From NCBI GenBank assembly GCA_039186435.1, contig JBCDAA010000001.1, positions 2,433 through 66,432 on the forward strand: a DNA stretch of 64,000 bases, given 5' to 3'. Source of the DNA: Myxococcota bacterium. Its GTDB lineage: Bacteria > Myxococcota_A > Polyangia > Polyangiales > Houyiibacteriaceae. The stretch's first letter is position 1. Each line of letters opens with the position of its first letter. This document shows positions 63,477-64,000 of this stretch, piece by piece. The notes beneath the pieces were generated by a model. That model was not told the DNA's origin and ran no database searches. It saw only the letters and a program-made list of their open reading frames with translations. The translations under genes were made by a program, and so were the position numbers.

Positions 63477-64000
63477 CCAGCCGCATCCCCGGGTTTTATC
63501 GGGAGCGTCTGGAAGATCGACTGGAAACGCTCCTCGCTCAGCACGACTTCGACGTCGAAGTCCGCGCACACCTTCGCGGAGGCGGAGGACTTCCGCTGAC
63601 GATCGCAGACCGGCTCACCGAGAATGTGATCGCCTGCCACGGACTTCCACTTTCGGTCGCGCTGAACTTTCGCGTCAACCACCAGGATGTCTTCGTGCCG
63701 ATGGCGGTCGAGGAACCCTCGGTCGTCGCGGCGGCTTCGAACGCAGCCCGTCTCGCACGGCTCACCGGTGGGTTCGTCGGCGAGGCGAGCGAAGCGGTGA
63801 TGACCGCCCAGGTGCAGCTCGACGAGGTTCCCGATCCGCAGGGGGCCACCGGACGCATCGAAGCGCATCGCAGTGAGCTCATCACCCTCGCCAATCGCAC
63901 CATTCCCGGCATGGTCGCTCGCGGTGGCGGCGTACGGGACCTTGAGGTCCGTGACCTCGGCGATGGGATTGTGGTCGTTCACTTCTACGTCGCCGTCGGC
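63473..64000 (+). CDS. Second class II HMG-CoA reductase paralog (N-terminal 176 aa; runs off the window end)
   Basis: ATG 63473 overlaps the polyprenyl synthase stop (ATGA). Frame reads MTSRIPGFYRERLEDRLE...TENVIACHGLPLSVALNFRVNHQDVFVPMAVEEPSVVAAASN...ARGGGVRDLEV, collinear with the copy at 39773. Absent from the ORF track because it has no stop in the window. Confidence 0.85.
   Translation, partial: MTSRIPGFYRERLEDRLETLLAQHDFDVEVRAHLRGGGGLPLTIADRLTENVIACHGLPLSVALNFRVNHQDVFVPMAVEEPSVVAAASNAARLARLTGGFVGEASEAVMTAQVQLDEVPDPQGATGRIEAHRSELITLANRTIPGMVARGGGVRDLEVRDLGDGIVVVHFYVAVG

Noticed and set aside
39773-64000. The two HMG-CoA reductase genes as an assembly duplication
   Set aside because: The two N-terminal regions differ at roughly half of the positions and have different neighbours, so they are genuine divergent paralogs.

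Overview
High-GC (about two-thirds G+C by eye) bacterial chromosomal segment. I call about 55 protein-coding genes and see no rRNA, tRNA or CRISPR. Gene content suggests a Myxococcota-like organism (inference only): many FHA/PP2C/Ser-Thr-kinase signalling genes, PEGA and TonB-C-like lipoproteins, a giant RHS protein and eukaryote-type sterol enzymes. The main result is a tightly coupled six-gene sterol biosynthesis operon at 34427-44101. In order it encodes a squalene monooxygenase fused to squalene synthase, an SdmB-like SDR, an SdmA-like Rieske oxygenase, a class II HMG-CoA reductase, an oxidosqualene cyclase (DCTAE motif) and an ERG6-like sterol C24-methyltransferase. A polyprenyl synthase and a second, divergent HMG-CoA reductase lie at 62427 to the window end. 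The second theme is an unexplained dispersed ~11-13 nt motif, (C)GTCC[G/C]AGGTGC(G). It recurs in intergenic DNA, inside CDSs in several reading frames and on both strands. It also forms the core of three 15-18 bp tandem arrays, with a fourth related array nearby. Other content: a 2231-aa lipoprotein-type SpvB/FG-GAP/RHS (TcB-TcC-like) toxin with an unrecognised C-terminal domain and no same-strand immunity gene; an FHA/PP2C/FHA-pseudoprotease module; a partial aryl-polyene-like lipid export/attachment module; a WS/DGAT-SDR-flavin reductase operon; an IS200/RAYT-like HUH transposase-domain gene; and housekeeping genes (upp, ltaE-like, ilvD). All calls rest on reading the supplied ORF translations and the DNA by eye. 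Start codons were refined manually. No searches, alignments or statistics were run, so domain assignments are motif-level recognitions. Most long ORFs antisense to these genes are treated as high-GC shadow ORFs.
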